Shown here piece by piece: positions 8,793 through 18,325 of a stretch of DNA of 64,000 nucleotides (positions within the stretch are counted from its first letter, which is position 1; the number at the start of each line of letters is the position of its first letter). Source of the stretch: Vicinamibacterales bacterium (GTDB lineage Bacteria > Acidobacteriota > Vicinamibacteria > Vicinamibacterales > 2-12-FULL-66-21); NCBI GenBank assembly GCA_038320555.1, contig JBBQEJ010000003.1:10587-74586 (forward strand), in the 5' to 3' direction. The translations under genes and the position numbers were made by a program. The notes below the pieces were generated by a model, which saw only the letters and a program-made list of their open reading frames with translations, was not told where the DNA came from and did not search any database.

Positions 8793-9602
8793 ATGTCTGA
8801 GCCGATTCCGGAAGAGCTGACCCGTGCCCTCGCGGCCAGCTCGGCGCGACGCGGATGTTTTGGTGATCCCCTCTACTTTTTTTCCGAAACTGGTTCGACC
8901 AACGATGTTGCCGAATTGCTGGCGGAGCACGGCGCACCCGAAGGGGCGACCGTCGTGGCGTTGGCGCAGACAGCTGGCCGTGGCCGGTTCGGGCGCACGT
9001 GGTTCTCTCCCGCGGGGGCGGGGCTGTACGTTTCCGTCGTATGCCGGAACCAGGCCGCGGCGCCGCTCCTGACGCTTGCCGCCGGCGTGGCGGTCGCCGG
9101 CGGGATCCGCGCAGCCACCGGCCTGCCGGTGCACATCAAGTGGCCGAACGACATCGTCGTCGCCGATCGCACCGTCCCGGCGCGGCGTCGCAAGCTCGCG
9201 GGCCTTCTTGCGGAAGCATCGAGCGGAGGGGACGGTCTGCAGTACGTCATACTCGGCTTCGGCATCAATCTGCGGCCCGCCGCCTATCCGCCGGACCTGG
9301 CGGATCGGGCGACGTCCATCGAGACCGAGCTCGGACGGCCCGTGGACGGCGCGTTAGTGCTGGCCGAAACGCTCGCGATTTTCGCTGGTTCGTTCGAGCG
9401 GCTTGCGGCGGGTGAGACTCGGCACGTCCTCACACGCTGGCGCGAACTCGCGCCATCGGCGCGCGGCGTGCCGGTCGAATGGGACACGCCCCGCGGCGCT
9501 GTGTCGGGGGTGTCGGAAGGTATCGCGGACGATGGCGCGCTGCTCGTTCGCGTCGGCGATCGCGTGGAGCGGATCATTTCCGGCGAAGTGCGGTGGATGT
9601 GA
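8793..9602 (+). CDS. birA: Biotin--[acetyl-CoA carboxylase] ligase (no HTH domain)
   Basis: STND, QTAGRGRFGRTW, IKWPNDI, KLAGLL, GFGIN. Confidence 0.93.
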   Translation: MSEPIPEELTRALAASSARRGCFGDPLYFFSETGSTNDVAELLAEHGAPEGATVVALAQTAGRGRFGRTWFSPAGAGLYVSVVCRNQAAAPLLTLAAGVAVAGGIRAATGLPVHIKWPNDIVVADRTVPARRRKLAGLLAEASSGGDGLQYVILGFGINLRPAAYPPDLADRATSIETELGRPVDGALVLAETLAIFAGSFERLAAGETRHVLTRWRELAPSARGVPVEWDTPRGAVSGVSEGIADDGALLVRVGDRVERIISGEVRWM

Positions 9603-9624
9603 CCAGCGAGAACGCGGTAGAACC

Positions 9625-10407
9625 ATGCTTCTAGCGATCGACGTCGGCAACACCAACATCGTCCTCGGCGTCTTCGACGGCGCGCGTCTCGCCGAGAGCT
9701 GGCGCCTGGCGACCCTGCGTGAGCGGACGTCGGACGAGCTCGGCATTCTCGTGACGCATCTGTTTGCGCGCAGCGGCATTGCCATCGATCGCGTCAACGG
9801 CATCATTCTGTCGTCGGTCGTGCCGCCTCTGACGCGCACGATGGAGGAGATGGCGGCACGGTACTTCGGCCGGCAACCGCTGACGGTTGAACCGGGAACG
9901 AACACCGGGATGCCGGTCCTGTATTCACCCGTGTCCGACGTCGGTGCCGATCGGGTCGTCAACGCGGTCGCAGCATACGAGGCGTACGGCCGCGCCACAC
10001 GAACGCCGGTCATTGTGGTGGATTTTGGAACCGCCACGACGTTCGACGCGATTTCCGCCGCCGGCGAGTACATCGGTGGCGTGATCTGCCCGGGCATCGG
10101 CATTTCGGCGGACGCGCTGTTTCAACGTGCGGCGCGATTGCCGCGCGTCGACGTGCGCAAGCCGCCTGCCGTCATAGGTCGCACGACCGTGACCTCGATG
10201 CAGGCCGGGCTCTTCTTCGGGTATGTCTCGATGGTTGACGGGATTGTTGCGCGCATGCGCGCCGAGCTCGAGAACGGAGACCGTGGGGCGTGCATCGCGA
10301 CCGGCGGCATGGCGGACAGCATTGCCTCGGAGACCACTGCCATCGAACACGTGGTCCCCGATCTGACGCTCGAGGGGCTGCGGCTGATCTGGGAGAGAAA
10401 TCAATAA
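9625..10407 (+). CDS. coaX: Type III pantothenate kinase
   Basis: MLLAIDVGNTN, VGADR, VVDFGTATT, GGVICPG, ATGG. Confidence 0.95.
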   Translation: MLLAIDVGNTNIVLGVFDGARLAESWRLATLRERTSDELGILVTHLFARSGIAIDRVNGIILSSVVPPLTRTMEEMAARYFGRQPLTVEPGTNTGMPVLYSPVSDVGADRVVNAVAAYEAYGRATRTPVIVVDFGTATTFDAISAAGEYIGGVICPGIGISADALFQRAARLPRVDVRKPPAVIGRTTVTSMQAGLFFGYVSMVDGIVARMRAELENGDRGACIATGGMADSIASETTAIEHVVPDLTLEGLRLIWERNQ

Positions 10408-10434
10408 AGCTTGTACTCTCGCCTCATGCTTGTC

Positions 10435-10524
10435 CTTCCGCCTAAAGGCGGGAGCCACAAGATTCATAGAGTTCGGTGGCCTCCGTCTGTTTTGGTCTTT
10501 GTGGCTTCCGCCTTCAGGCGGAAG
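10435..10524. repeat. Inverted pair of REP palindromes (CTTCCGCCTnnAGGCGGAAGCYAC family)
   Basis: cttccgcctaaaggcgggagccac ... gtggcttccgccttcaggcggaag. Confidence 0.9.
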
Positions 10525-10537
10525 ATCAAATGAACCC

Positions 10538-11242
10538 ATGGATCCCGCCGAGTACTCCCGCGAAATTGAGTCGTACCTCTGCCGCAAAAACGAGGGGCAC
10601 TTGATCCGCATCGTCGGGCCGGCGTTCGAACAGGTGTGCGGATGGGCGACGCTTGGCGTGCCCTTGAAGATTGCCTTCCGGGGGATCGATCAGTATTGCG
10701 AGCGGTACTACGCAAAGGGACCGCGACGGCGTCCCGTGCGGATCGAGTTCTGCGAGGCTGACATTCTCGATCTCTTCGACAGCTGGCGCCGCGCGATCGG
10801 CGTCGGCGCGGCGGGAACCGCGGCGACAGCCGCCGAACCTCCGGCGCGCAAGGCCCCGCTTGCCGCGCATATCGAACGTGCGGTTGCGCGGTTGACCGCA
10901 TTGCGAGCCGGCGGCAAGAGGAGCCAGGAGTTCGCCGAACGAATCGACGCCGCCGTGCGTGAGCTCGATCACCTCGCGGCTGACGCGCGTGCCGCGCGCG
11001 GCGATCGGCGCGCGGCAATCGTCGATCGGCTGCAGGCGCTCGACGGCGAGCTGCTCGAGGCGGCAGCGAAGGAAACAGAGACCGAGGCCTCTGCCGTGGC
11101 GACGCTGAACCGTGAAGCAGAGGCGGAGCTTGCTCCGTTCATCTCACGGATGCCGCAGCAGGCGCTCGATCGCGCGCGCACCGCGGCCTTTCACAGGCTC
11201 CTGCGCGACGCGTTCGGCCTGCCTGTCCTGGCGTACGAGTGA
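10538..11242 (+). CDS. Conserved hypothetical protein (helical; weak DnaD-like N-terminal pattern)
   Basis: Start MDPAEYSREIE after the REP pair; coupled to the next gene; GC-rich third positions. Confidence 0.75.
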   Translation: MDPAEYSREIESYLCRKNEGHLIRIVGPAFEQVCGWATLGVPLKIAFRGIDQYCERYYAKGPRRRPVRIEFCEADILDLFDSWRRAIGVGAAGTAATAAEPPARKAPLAAHIERAVARLTALRAGGKRSQEFAERIDAAVRELDHLAADARAARGDRRAAIVDRLQALDGELLEAAAKETETEASAVATLNREAEAELAPFISRMPQQALDRARTAAFHRLLRDAFGLPVLAYE

Positions 11243-11243
11243 G

Positions 11244-12521
11244 ATGCTGACACCCGGCGACGAAATCGACGCGACGATCGAAAAACCAGCGGCCGGCGGG
11301 CGGATGATCGCGCGACACGATGGGCAAATCCTCCTTGTCGCGGGAGCGATTCCTGGCGAGCGCGCGTCCGTCCGCATCGAACGCGTGGAAAAGCGACTGG
11401 CCTTTGCGTCCGCGGTCCGGATCCTGGCGCCTTCGTCCGACCGTCGGGATGCCGGGTTCGATCCGCTCTGCGGAGGATGTGTGTACGCCCACATCGCGTA
11501 CCCGCGACAGGTGGCGCTCAAAGCGGACATCATCGCCGACGCCTTCACGAGAATTGGCCGCATGCCGATTGAGCGTGCCGTTCCGATTGCAGCCTCGCCC
11601 GAAGCGGGGTACCGCATGCGCGCCCGCCTGCATGTGCGCGGTGATGCAGCCGGCTTTTATCGCGAAAACACGCACGAGATCTGTGACGCACGCCAGACGC
11701 ACCAGCTGACGGCCGAATCGATGGCCGCAATCGGAGCGGCGCTGGCAGTGGTCGGAGACGCGCGCGCCGGCATTGCGTCGCTGGAGCTCAGCGAGAACAT
11801 GACGGCCAACCAGCGGGCGTTTCATCTCGACGTCATACCGGATGCGCGCGAGCTGGAACCTGCGCTTACCCGCGCCACCGCCGCGGCCGGACTGACTGGC
11901 TGTACGGCACGCGGCCGGTTCGGTCCCCTCGTGCGCGTGGGCGACCCGGCCGTCGCAGATCCGCTTGCCGCACTCACTCACGGACGCGCGGAATCCGGTG
12001 ACCTTCGGCGTCAACCGGCCTCGTTCTTCCAGGGCAATCGTTTTCTGCTGCCGGATCTCGTTGTCGCGGTGCTCGACGCGACACCTTTGGACGGACGCAT
12101 TCTCGATTTGTATGCCGGAGTGGGCCTGTTCTCTGTGGGGCTCGCCGCGACCGGACGTGACGGCATCACGGCTGTCGAAGGCGATCGACAGAGCGCCGCG
12201 GATCTGAAGGCGAACGCGGGATCCTACCCGTCCGCGATCCGCGTTCTCGTCGGGCGCGTCGAGGATCAACTGGTCCGCCGCCCCGAAACTGCCGACACCG
12301 TCATCGTCGATCCGCCGCGAAGCGGGATCTCTCGCGAGGCGATGGACATCATCGTCCGGCACGGTGCGCGCCGAGTCATCTATGTGTCGTGCGATCCGCC
12401 GACGATGGCGCGCGACGGGCGTCGGTTGCTGGACGCGGGATACCGTCTCGAGTCGCTGAGGGGATTTGACTTCTTTCCCAACACGCCACATGTGGAGACG
12501 ATAGGTGTGTTTGACAGGTAG
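11244..12521 (+). CDS. TRAM-domain RNA (uracil-C5)-methyltransferase, RlmD/RumA family
   Basis: TRAM N-terminus, CGGC, SFFQGN, LDLYAGVG, VDPPRSG, YVSCDP, FFPNTPHVE. Confidence 0.9.
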   Translation: MLTPGDEIDATIEKPAAGGRMIARHDGQILLVAGAIPGERASVRIERVEKRLAFASAVRILAPSSDRRDAGFDPLCGGCVYAHIAYPRQVALKADIIADAFTRIGRMPIERAVPIAASPEAGYRMRARLHVRGDAAGFYRENTHEICDARQTHQLTAESMAAIGAALAVVGDARAGIASLELSENMTANQRAFHLDVIPDARELEPALTRATAAAGLTGCTARGRFGPLVRVGDPAVADPLAALTHGRAESGDLRRQPASFFQGNRFLLPDLVVAVLDATPLDGRILDLYAGVGLFSVGLAATGRDGITAVEGDRQSAADLKANAGSYPSAIRVLVGRVEDQLVRRPETADTVIVDPPRSGISREAMDIIVRHGARRVIYVSCDPPTMARDGRRLLDAGYRLESLRGFDFFPNTPHVETIGVFDR

Positions 12522-12574
12522 GTCAGAGGCCGCTGGCGTGCTGTGCCAGTTTCGGTTGAATCAGCAGAACCCTG

Positions 12575-13285
12575 CTACATCTTCGACGCCATCCGTTCGC
12601 GCGCTGCAGCCACGAAGGCGTCGAACAGCGGCCGGAACTCGCCTGTGCGCCAGAAGTTTTCCGGGTGCCACTGCACCCCCACACAGAATCGTGCCGCCGG
12701 CGCCTCGATGCCTTCAATCACGCCATCGGGCGCCGTGGCCGAGGCGACCAGGCTCCTGCCGAGTGCGCCGACCGACTGATGATGACGGCTGTTGACGTGG
12801 CATGCGGACGATGCCTCCACGGCGCCGCCCATCGCGGCATGCAGCCGCGTGTCGCTGACGATGTGAATGTCGTGCGCGACGCAGTCCTTCGGTAACTCGA
12901 GGCTGTGCGTCAGATCCGTCTTCAGGGCTGAGGGAATGTCCTGGACGAGGGTCCCGCCGGTCGCCACGTTCAGAACCTGAGAGCCGCGGCAGATCGCCAG
13001 GACCGGGAGGTCCGCTTCCAACGCGCGCCGCGCGAGATCGATTTCGAATTCGTCGCGTCCCGGCTCCGCGTCGTGGACGCTCGGGTGCCGCTCCTGGCCG
13101 TAGAAGGCCGGATCGACGTCGCCGCCGCCCGTGAGCAGGACGCCGTCAATCGTATCAATCACAGCGCGCGGGCTCTCGCTCACCTCGAGCACGCGAGCAC
13201 GCGCACCCGAGCGTTCCACCGACGCGAGGTAGTCGTCCAGGCGGCTGCAGCGGGTCACGCCGATGACTGGTTGCCGTTCGCTCAT
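12575..13285 (-). CDS. Gamma-glutamyl-gamma-aminobutyrate hydrolase family protein (peptidase C26)
   Basis: LLTGGGDVDP, LAICRGSQ, VNSRHHQ, GVQWHPE. Confidence 0.92.
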   Translation of the reverse strand: MSERQPVIGVTRCSRLDDYLASVERSGARARVLEVSESPRAVIDTIDGVLLTGGGDVDPAFYGQERHPSVHDAEPGRDEFEIDLARRALEADLPVLAICRGSQVLNVATGGTLVQDIPSALKTDLTHSLELPKDCVAHDIHIVSDTRLHAAMGGAVEASSACHVNSRHHQSVGALGRSLVASATAPDGVIEGIEAPAARFCVGVQWHPENFWRTGEFRPLFDAFVAAARERMASKM

Positions 13286-13290
13286 ACGCC

Positions 13291-15318
13291 TTACATCTTA
13301 TTTGGCACGCTGCATCCCATCAGGTCCAGTGCGCGCGCGAGTTGCGCACTGTAGTACGCGACGGCGGCGGCGCGCCAGGTCCGCGCGTCCTCGCGCTCTT
13401 CGTTGAGGATTGAGTACTTGTGATAGAAGCCGTTGAACGACTGCGCGAGACCGAAGGCGTACTTCGCCAGCACCGAGAGCTCGAGCGTGCGCACGGCCTG
13501 CTCGACGACCTCGTCCAGACGCGCCGCCTCGAACACGAGCCCCCAAAGATCGTGCGCTTCTTCGTCGTCGGCCGTGAGCACGGTCTCGGATGCTGACGCC
13601 ACCGCCGACACGACGGCAGCCTGGTCGAGGCCGTGACGTTCCTTCAGCTTATTGAAGATGTTGTTGGCGCGCACGACCGCGTACTGGAGATACGGGCCGC
13701 TCTCGCCCTCGAAGCTCAAGGCCTCGTCGATGTCGAAAACGATGATCTTGCCGCGCGAAAACTTCACCATGAAATAACGGACAGCAGCGATCGCGATTGT
13801 CTCCGCAATCTGCTGCACCTGTTCCGCGGGCAGGTCCGTGTTTCGTTTGGATACTTCTGTGGCGGCCTTTTCCGTCAACCGATCCAGGAGATCGTCGGCC
13901 TTGACGCCCAGGCCTTTGCGTCCTGAAACCTCCACGAACGGCCGGTCCGCTCCCTCGCTCGCGTCGTACCCCAGCTCGCGCGCTGTGACGTGCGAGAGGG
14001 CCACCATTTCGTACGAATAATGGACTGAATGCGCGGCTTGTTCCTGGTAGCCGAGCACCGCGAGCGCCTGCTTCACGAGCTTCTGCAGATACGACTGCCG
14101 GGTGTCGATGACGTTGCAGACCCATGCCGCCCGGCCAAACGGCGGCGCGCCAGGCGTTCCCGCCGCGGGATCTGACGTCGTCGACCACAGGCGCGACGGA
14201 CGCTCCTCGAAGATCCGGTAGTAGAAGTCCTTGCCGAGCAGGCCGAACTTCCACAGCTGGTACGCCATGTCCTTGCCGACGTAGGTGACCGTGCCGTCAG
14301 AACGCACGATCACTTTCTCGCGCCGCTCCTCTTCAGACTCCTCATCCACCGGGGCGGGCGGTACTGAGGAATCGTCCTGGGGCGCGCCGTCCGCGGCGTC
14401 GTCGTCGATCCGCATGACCCAGCAGCCCTTGAGCTTGCCCTCGGTCTGCAGGAACACGGCCCCTATCTTCTTCAGGAATTCGAACGCATGCGTCCAGAAA
14501 TGCAGGCGCAGGATGTCTCCCTCCCAGGTCAGGAGGTCGTAGCCGATGTTCATGCGACGCATGGTCTTCAGATGCGCGCGGACGATGCGATCGGCGATGA
14601 AGCGCGCGAGGGCAGCGGTGTCGTTGTCACCCTGCTCGATGTCGTGGAGCGCCCTCGTGCGGATCTTCAACCGCTCCTTGTCCCCCTCGTACCACTCGGT
14701 GACACGCGCGTATAAGTCCCAGCAGTGGTAATCGAAGCGGCCGGCGTCGGCGATTGCGCGGACCTCGTCGAGCGTCTTGCGCTCGAGCTCGCGGAAGCCG
14801 ACCGCGACGTCGGCAACCTGCACACCTGTGTCGTCGATGTAGTTCTGGATCTCGACTTCGCGGCCGAGAAACCGGAGCAGGCGCCCGAACGCATCGCCGA
14901 GCGCGGCGTTTCGCAAGTGCCCGATGTGCGCCGCCTTGTTCGGGTTGATGGCCGTGTGCTCCACGATGGCCTTGCCCTCCGACGAGACGGCCGGGGGCGT
15001 CCCGCGAAGCCACTGCCTCACAAAGGCCGGTCGATCGAGAAAGAAATTGACGTACCCGTTTGGCGCCGCGTCGATTCGTGAAAAGCCCTCGATCGTGCCG
15101 AGCGCGGCCGCGATTTCCTGAGCGATGGCGCGCGGGGGTTTGCGGAGCCGGCGGGCCAGCTCGAACGCGAGCGGCACGGCCAGGTCCCCGAGCGCCCGCC
15201 GCGGGGCGGGCTCAACCGGAATCGCCGCCAGAACGGGATCGCTGGCCGGGATGTTGTAGAGGCGGCCGACGGCTTCTGCAATGCGGGCGCGGACCAGTCT
15301 GTGAATCGGAAGAATCAT
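13291..15318 (-). CDS. argS: Arginine--tRNA ligase
   Basis: EHTAINPNKAAHIGHLRN, SGRKG, GESGPYLQYA, anticodon-binding C-terminus. Confidence 0.95.
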   Translation of the reverse strand: MILPIHRLVRARIAEAVGRLYNIPASDPVLAAIPVEPAPRRALGDLAVPLAFELARRLRKPPRAIAQEIAAALGTIEGFSRIDAAPNGYVNFFLDRPAFVRQWLRGTPPAVSSEGKAIVEHTAINPNKAAHIGHLRNAALGDAFGRLLRFLGREVEIQNYIDDTGVQVADVAVGFRELERKTLDEVRAIADAGRFDYHCWDLYARVTEWYEGDKERLKIRTRALHDIEQGDNDTAALARFIADRIVRAHLKTMRRMNIGYDLLTWEGDILRLHFWTHAFEFLKKIGAVFLQTEGKLKGCWVMRIDDDAADGAPQDDSSVPPAPVDEESEEERREKVIVRSDGTVTYVGKDMAYQLWKFGLLGKDFYYRIFEERPSRLWSTTSDPAAGTPGAPPFGRAAWVCNVIDTRQSYLQKLVKQALAVLGYQEQAAHSVHYSYEMVALSHVTARELGYDASEGADRPFVEVSGRKGLGVKADDLLDRLTEKAATEVSKRNTDLPAEQVQQIAETIAIAAVRYFMVKFSRGKIIVFDIDEALSFEGESGPYLQYAVVRANNIFNKLKERHGLDQAAVVSAVASASETVLTADDEEAHDLWGLVFEAARLDEVVEQAVRTLELSVLAKYAFGLAQSFNGFYHKYSILNEEREDARTWRAAAVAYYSAQLARALDLMGCSVPNKM

Positions 15319-15959
15319 GAATCAGCGTCCGTCATGGGGCGGGTTCGTCCAGTCGTGATACGATCTTGCGTCGATTCCGGCTTCCATTCACTCAACCCCT
15401 TGGCGCGCTCGTAATCATGCGGCGTGTTGACGTTCACGAAGGTCAGATCATTGCCCACGCCGATCTCGGCGACACGCAGGCCGGCTGGCAACGTCGCCGC
15501 TTCGTACTCGCGCCGTGTGAGGCGCGCGTGAATGTCTCCTTCGCAGGCGCGCGAGTAAATCGCGCACAGCGGCTCGTACCCGCATTCACTTCGCGGAATG
15601 ACGAGGTCGGCATCCTCCACCGCAGCCAGGCGCAGCAGAAACGCGCTGGACAGAAAAGGCATATCGCAGGCGACGACCAGCGTGCGATCGCATGGCGAGC
15701 ACCTGATGGCTGTGTAGATGCCCCCAAGCGGACCCGCACCCGCTATCTCATCGGGAACGACACGAAGGCCCCGCGCGTCCCAGGCCGGATCTTCACGCCC
15801 GACCACGAACACGTCGGTTGCGAGCGCGCGCAGCACCTCGAGCTGACGATCGATGATCGCCGCGCTCCCGATGGGGAGCGTGCCTTTGTTTACGCCGCCG
15901 AGACGGCTTGCGCGGCCGCCGGCCAGGATCGCCGCCGCCAGCGCGGGCCCGTTCGTCAT
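15315..15959 (-). CDS. mobA: Molybdenum cofactor guanylyltransferase
   Basis: ILAGGRASRLGGVNKG, GPLGGIY, VACDMPF, EPLCAIY, NVNTPHD; start at ATG 15959. Confidence 0.9.
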   Translation of the reverse strand: MTNGPALAAAILAGGRASRLGGVNKGTLPIGSAAIIDRQLEVLRALATDVFVVGREDPAWDARGLRVVPDEIAGAGPLGGIYTAIRCSPCDRTLVVACDMPFLSSAFLLRLAAVEDADLVIPRSECGYEPLCAIYSRACEGDIHARLTRREYEAATLPAGLRVAEIGVGNDLTFVNVNTPHDYERAKGLSEWKPESTQDRITTGRTRPMTDADS

Positions 15960-16033
15960 GTCCAGACCGACAAGAGTATCAAACCTCGCGTGCACCCGAT
16001 CCGGCCGCGTGTGCCGCCATGTAGGATGTGGCG

Positions 16034-16633
16034 ATGAGCGAGCCACGCATCGGACGGGTGCTCGTGGCCAGCCTGCACCAGGCGATTGCCGAACTGCTCC
16101 CGAACAGGCTGGAGTTCTACGAGAACTGGCTGAACGTGTCGGGCCTGCGGCAGGGCACGATTGGCCTGGCGCCGTTATTTGCCGTGCTGAGCTTTCTGCG
16201 AACAGAAGGCGAGGCGTACAATTCAATCACGTCGCGCGCCGGTGAATACGCGGCGGATTGGACCGTCAACAATCTGGCGCCTCTCGAGCGCCGCGTGATC
16301 GGGGCGCTGCCCGCGCGGCTGCGCGCGCGCGCAGCCCTTCGCACCGCGCGTGCGCTCGTGCGCGACACCTATCCCGGATCCCGGGCGATCGTCCGTTTGA
16401 GGCGAGGCACCGCGTCGGTCGATCTTCGCGGGTCGTTGTTCTGCGAAGTACGGGAGGCGTCTATTCTTCCATTGTGCGGATTCTATGCCTCGGCCATCGC
16501 GCGCGTTCTGCACCTGTTCGCCCTTCGCGCCGACGCGCACGTGAACGAGTGCCGGGCTGGCGGCGCACGCAAGGGCTGCCTGCTGTCGGTGGTGGTCACC
16601 GCCGCACGTGTCGACGAGCCGGCTCCTGCCTGA
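16034..16633 (+). CDS. Hypothetical protein with a V4R-like Cys pattern
   Basis: SLFC..PLCGFY..ECRAGG..GC; coupled to the TPR gene by a TGATG overlap. Confidence 0.7.
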   Translation: MSEPRIGRVLVASLHQAIAELLPNRLEFYENWLNVSGLRQGTIGLAPLFAVLSFLRTEGEAYNSITSRAGEYAADWTVNNLAPLERRVIGALPARLRARAALRTARALVRDTYPGSRAIVRLRRGTASVDLRGSLFCEVREASILPLCGFYASAIARVLHLFALRADAHVNECRAGGARKGCLLSVVVTAARVDEPAPA

Positions 16634-18267
16634 TGACGCACATCCTTGCCGTTGCGGCCACACTGGTGCTCCTCGCGCCGCCGCCGGTGGCCGCACAGGC
16701 TGCTACCGGCAGCCGGATACTCGTGGTCCCCTTCGAAAACATCCAGCACGAGCCGCGATTGCACTGGCTGTCGGAGGCCTCTGCCGTGCTGCTCGCCGAC
16801 CAGTTGAATGCCCGCGGTCTGGGAGCGATCGCTCGTGATGAACGCGTGCGCGCCTTCGAGCAACTGCATCTGCCGCTGACAGCGTCGCTCAGCCATGCGA
16901 CGGTGATCAAGGTGGGACATCTCGTCGGCGCGACGGAGGTGATCGTCGGAACCCTCAGGCTCGAGGCGGACAACCTCAAGGTCGAGGCCCACAGCATCCG
17001 GATCGACGTGGGACGGTTGCAGCCTGATGTGTCCGAGCGCGCGCCCCTCACTGGCTTGTTCGCAATCTTCGATCGGCTTGCGGGACGGCTTGCTCCCGAT
17101 GCGCGCGTCATCGCGGGGTACGGCGGCACACGCCCGCCCCTCGACGCCTTCGAGAATTACGTGAAAGGCCTGATCGCGGAGAGCCCGGCTGTCCAGGTCA
17201 ACTTTCTGGAAACAGCGGCCAAGATGTTTCCGCGGTACGACCGGGCGGAGCTCGCACTCTGGTCTGTGCGGACCGATCAGGACGATTACGGCGCCGCACT
17301 GGCTGCCGCCCGTGCGGTTCCGCCCGGATCGCCGCTGGCACGCCGCGCCCGCTTTCTTTCCGGCGTGTCGCTCGTCGAGTTGAAGCGCGATGACGAGGCG
17401 TTCGACGAGTTCAAAGCGCTGGTCCAGGACGCGCCCGCCCCGGGCACCGCCGCCCGTAATCCGGGCATGGCGGCGGCTTTGAACAATCTCGGCATCGTGC
17501 AGATCCGTCGTGGGTCGACGCCGCAGGCAGGCACGGCGACGTTTTACCTGACGAAGGCAGCCGAGGCCGATCCGGGAGATGCCGACTACCTGTTCAATCT
17601 GGGTTATGCCTATCTGCTGGAGGGCAACGCACAGGCGGCGATTTACTGGCTGCGCGAAGCTCTTCGGCGGGATCCGGCGGACCCCGACGCGCATTACGTG
17701 CTCGCGGCTGCGCTTCTGGGATCCGGCAGCGGCGTGGAGGCGGCACGCGAGAAGGCGCTCGCGCGGCAGCTGTCCTCCAGGTACGAGGAGCTCGAGCGGC
17801 GGGCGGCTGCCGATAAGCTGCCCGTTCCGAAAGGTCTCGAGCGGATGCGTATCGATCCGGACACGCCAAGCGGCCTGAGCCCCGAGCAGACGATCGTCAA
17901 CTCCGCGCAGCGCGATCAGCGCGAGCTTGCGACATTCCATCTGGAGCGCGGACGCCGTCTGTACGAGCGCGAGGCCGACAGCGAGGCGATGGTGGAGCTC
18001 CGGCGCGCCGTGTATCTCTCGCCGTACGAAGCGCAGGCTCACTTGCTGATCGGGCGGATCCACCTCCGGGCGGGCCGCCCGCAGGAAGCGGTCAATGCGC
18101 TCAAGATTTCGATCTGGAGCGAGGACACCGCCGCGGCGCGCGTCGCCCTTGCGCAGGCGTACCTCAAGCTCCAGAATAGCGGCGCCGCCCGGACAGAATT
18201 GGAGCGCGCGCTGGTGCTCGATCCGGCCTCCACCGACGCGAAACGGATGCTCGCGGAGATCAAATAA
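16633..18267 (+). CDS. Secreted tetratricopeptide-repeat protein with an N-terminal TolB/CsgG-like domain
   Basis: Signal peptide MTHILAVAATLVLL; ILVVPFEN; TPR motifs ALNNLG, YLFNLGYAY, AHLLIGRIH. Confidence 0.85.
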   Translation: MTHILAVAATLVLLAPPPVAAQAATGSRILVVPFENIQHEPRLHWLSEASAVLLADQLNARGLGAIARDERVRAFEQLHLPLTASLSHATVIKVGHLVGATEVIVGTLRLEADNLKVEAHSIRIDVGRLQPDVSERAPLTGLFAIFDRLAGRLAPDARVIAGYGGTRPPLDAFENYVKGLIAESPAVQVNFLETAAKMFPRYDRAELALWSVRTDQDDYGAALAAARAVPPGSPLARRARFLSGVSLVELKRDDEAFDEFKALVQDAPAPGTAARNPGMAAALNNLGIVQIRRGSTPQAGTATFYLTKAAEADPGDADYLFNLGYAYLLEGNAQAAIYWLREALRRDPADPDAHYVLAAALLGSGSGVEAAREKALARQLSSRYEELERRAAADKLPVPKGLERMRIDPDTPSGLSPEQTIVNSAQRDQRELATFHLERGRRLYEREADSEAMVELRRAVYLSPYEAQAHLLIGRIHLRAGRPQEAVNALKISIWSEDTAAARVALAQAYLKLQNSGAARTELERALVLDPASTDAKRMLAEIK

Positions 18268-18325
18268 GACCACGAGGCCGCCTGATCCCAGAGGACAATG
18301 GGAGCACGGAGTTCAGGAGGCCACT

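Noticed and set aside
9403-9624. Long N-terminal extensions in the ORF track (coaX, rlmD-like, mobA, TPR, nfeD, meaB, PBP1A, lpxI, ubiD)
   Set aside because: They overlap upstream genes or repeats; family motifs begin at the downstream starts given in the features.
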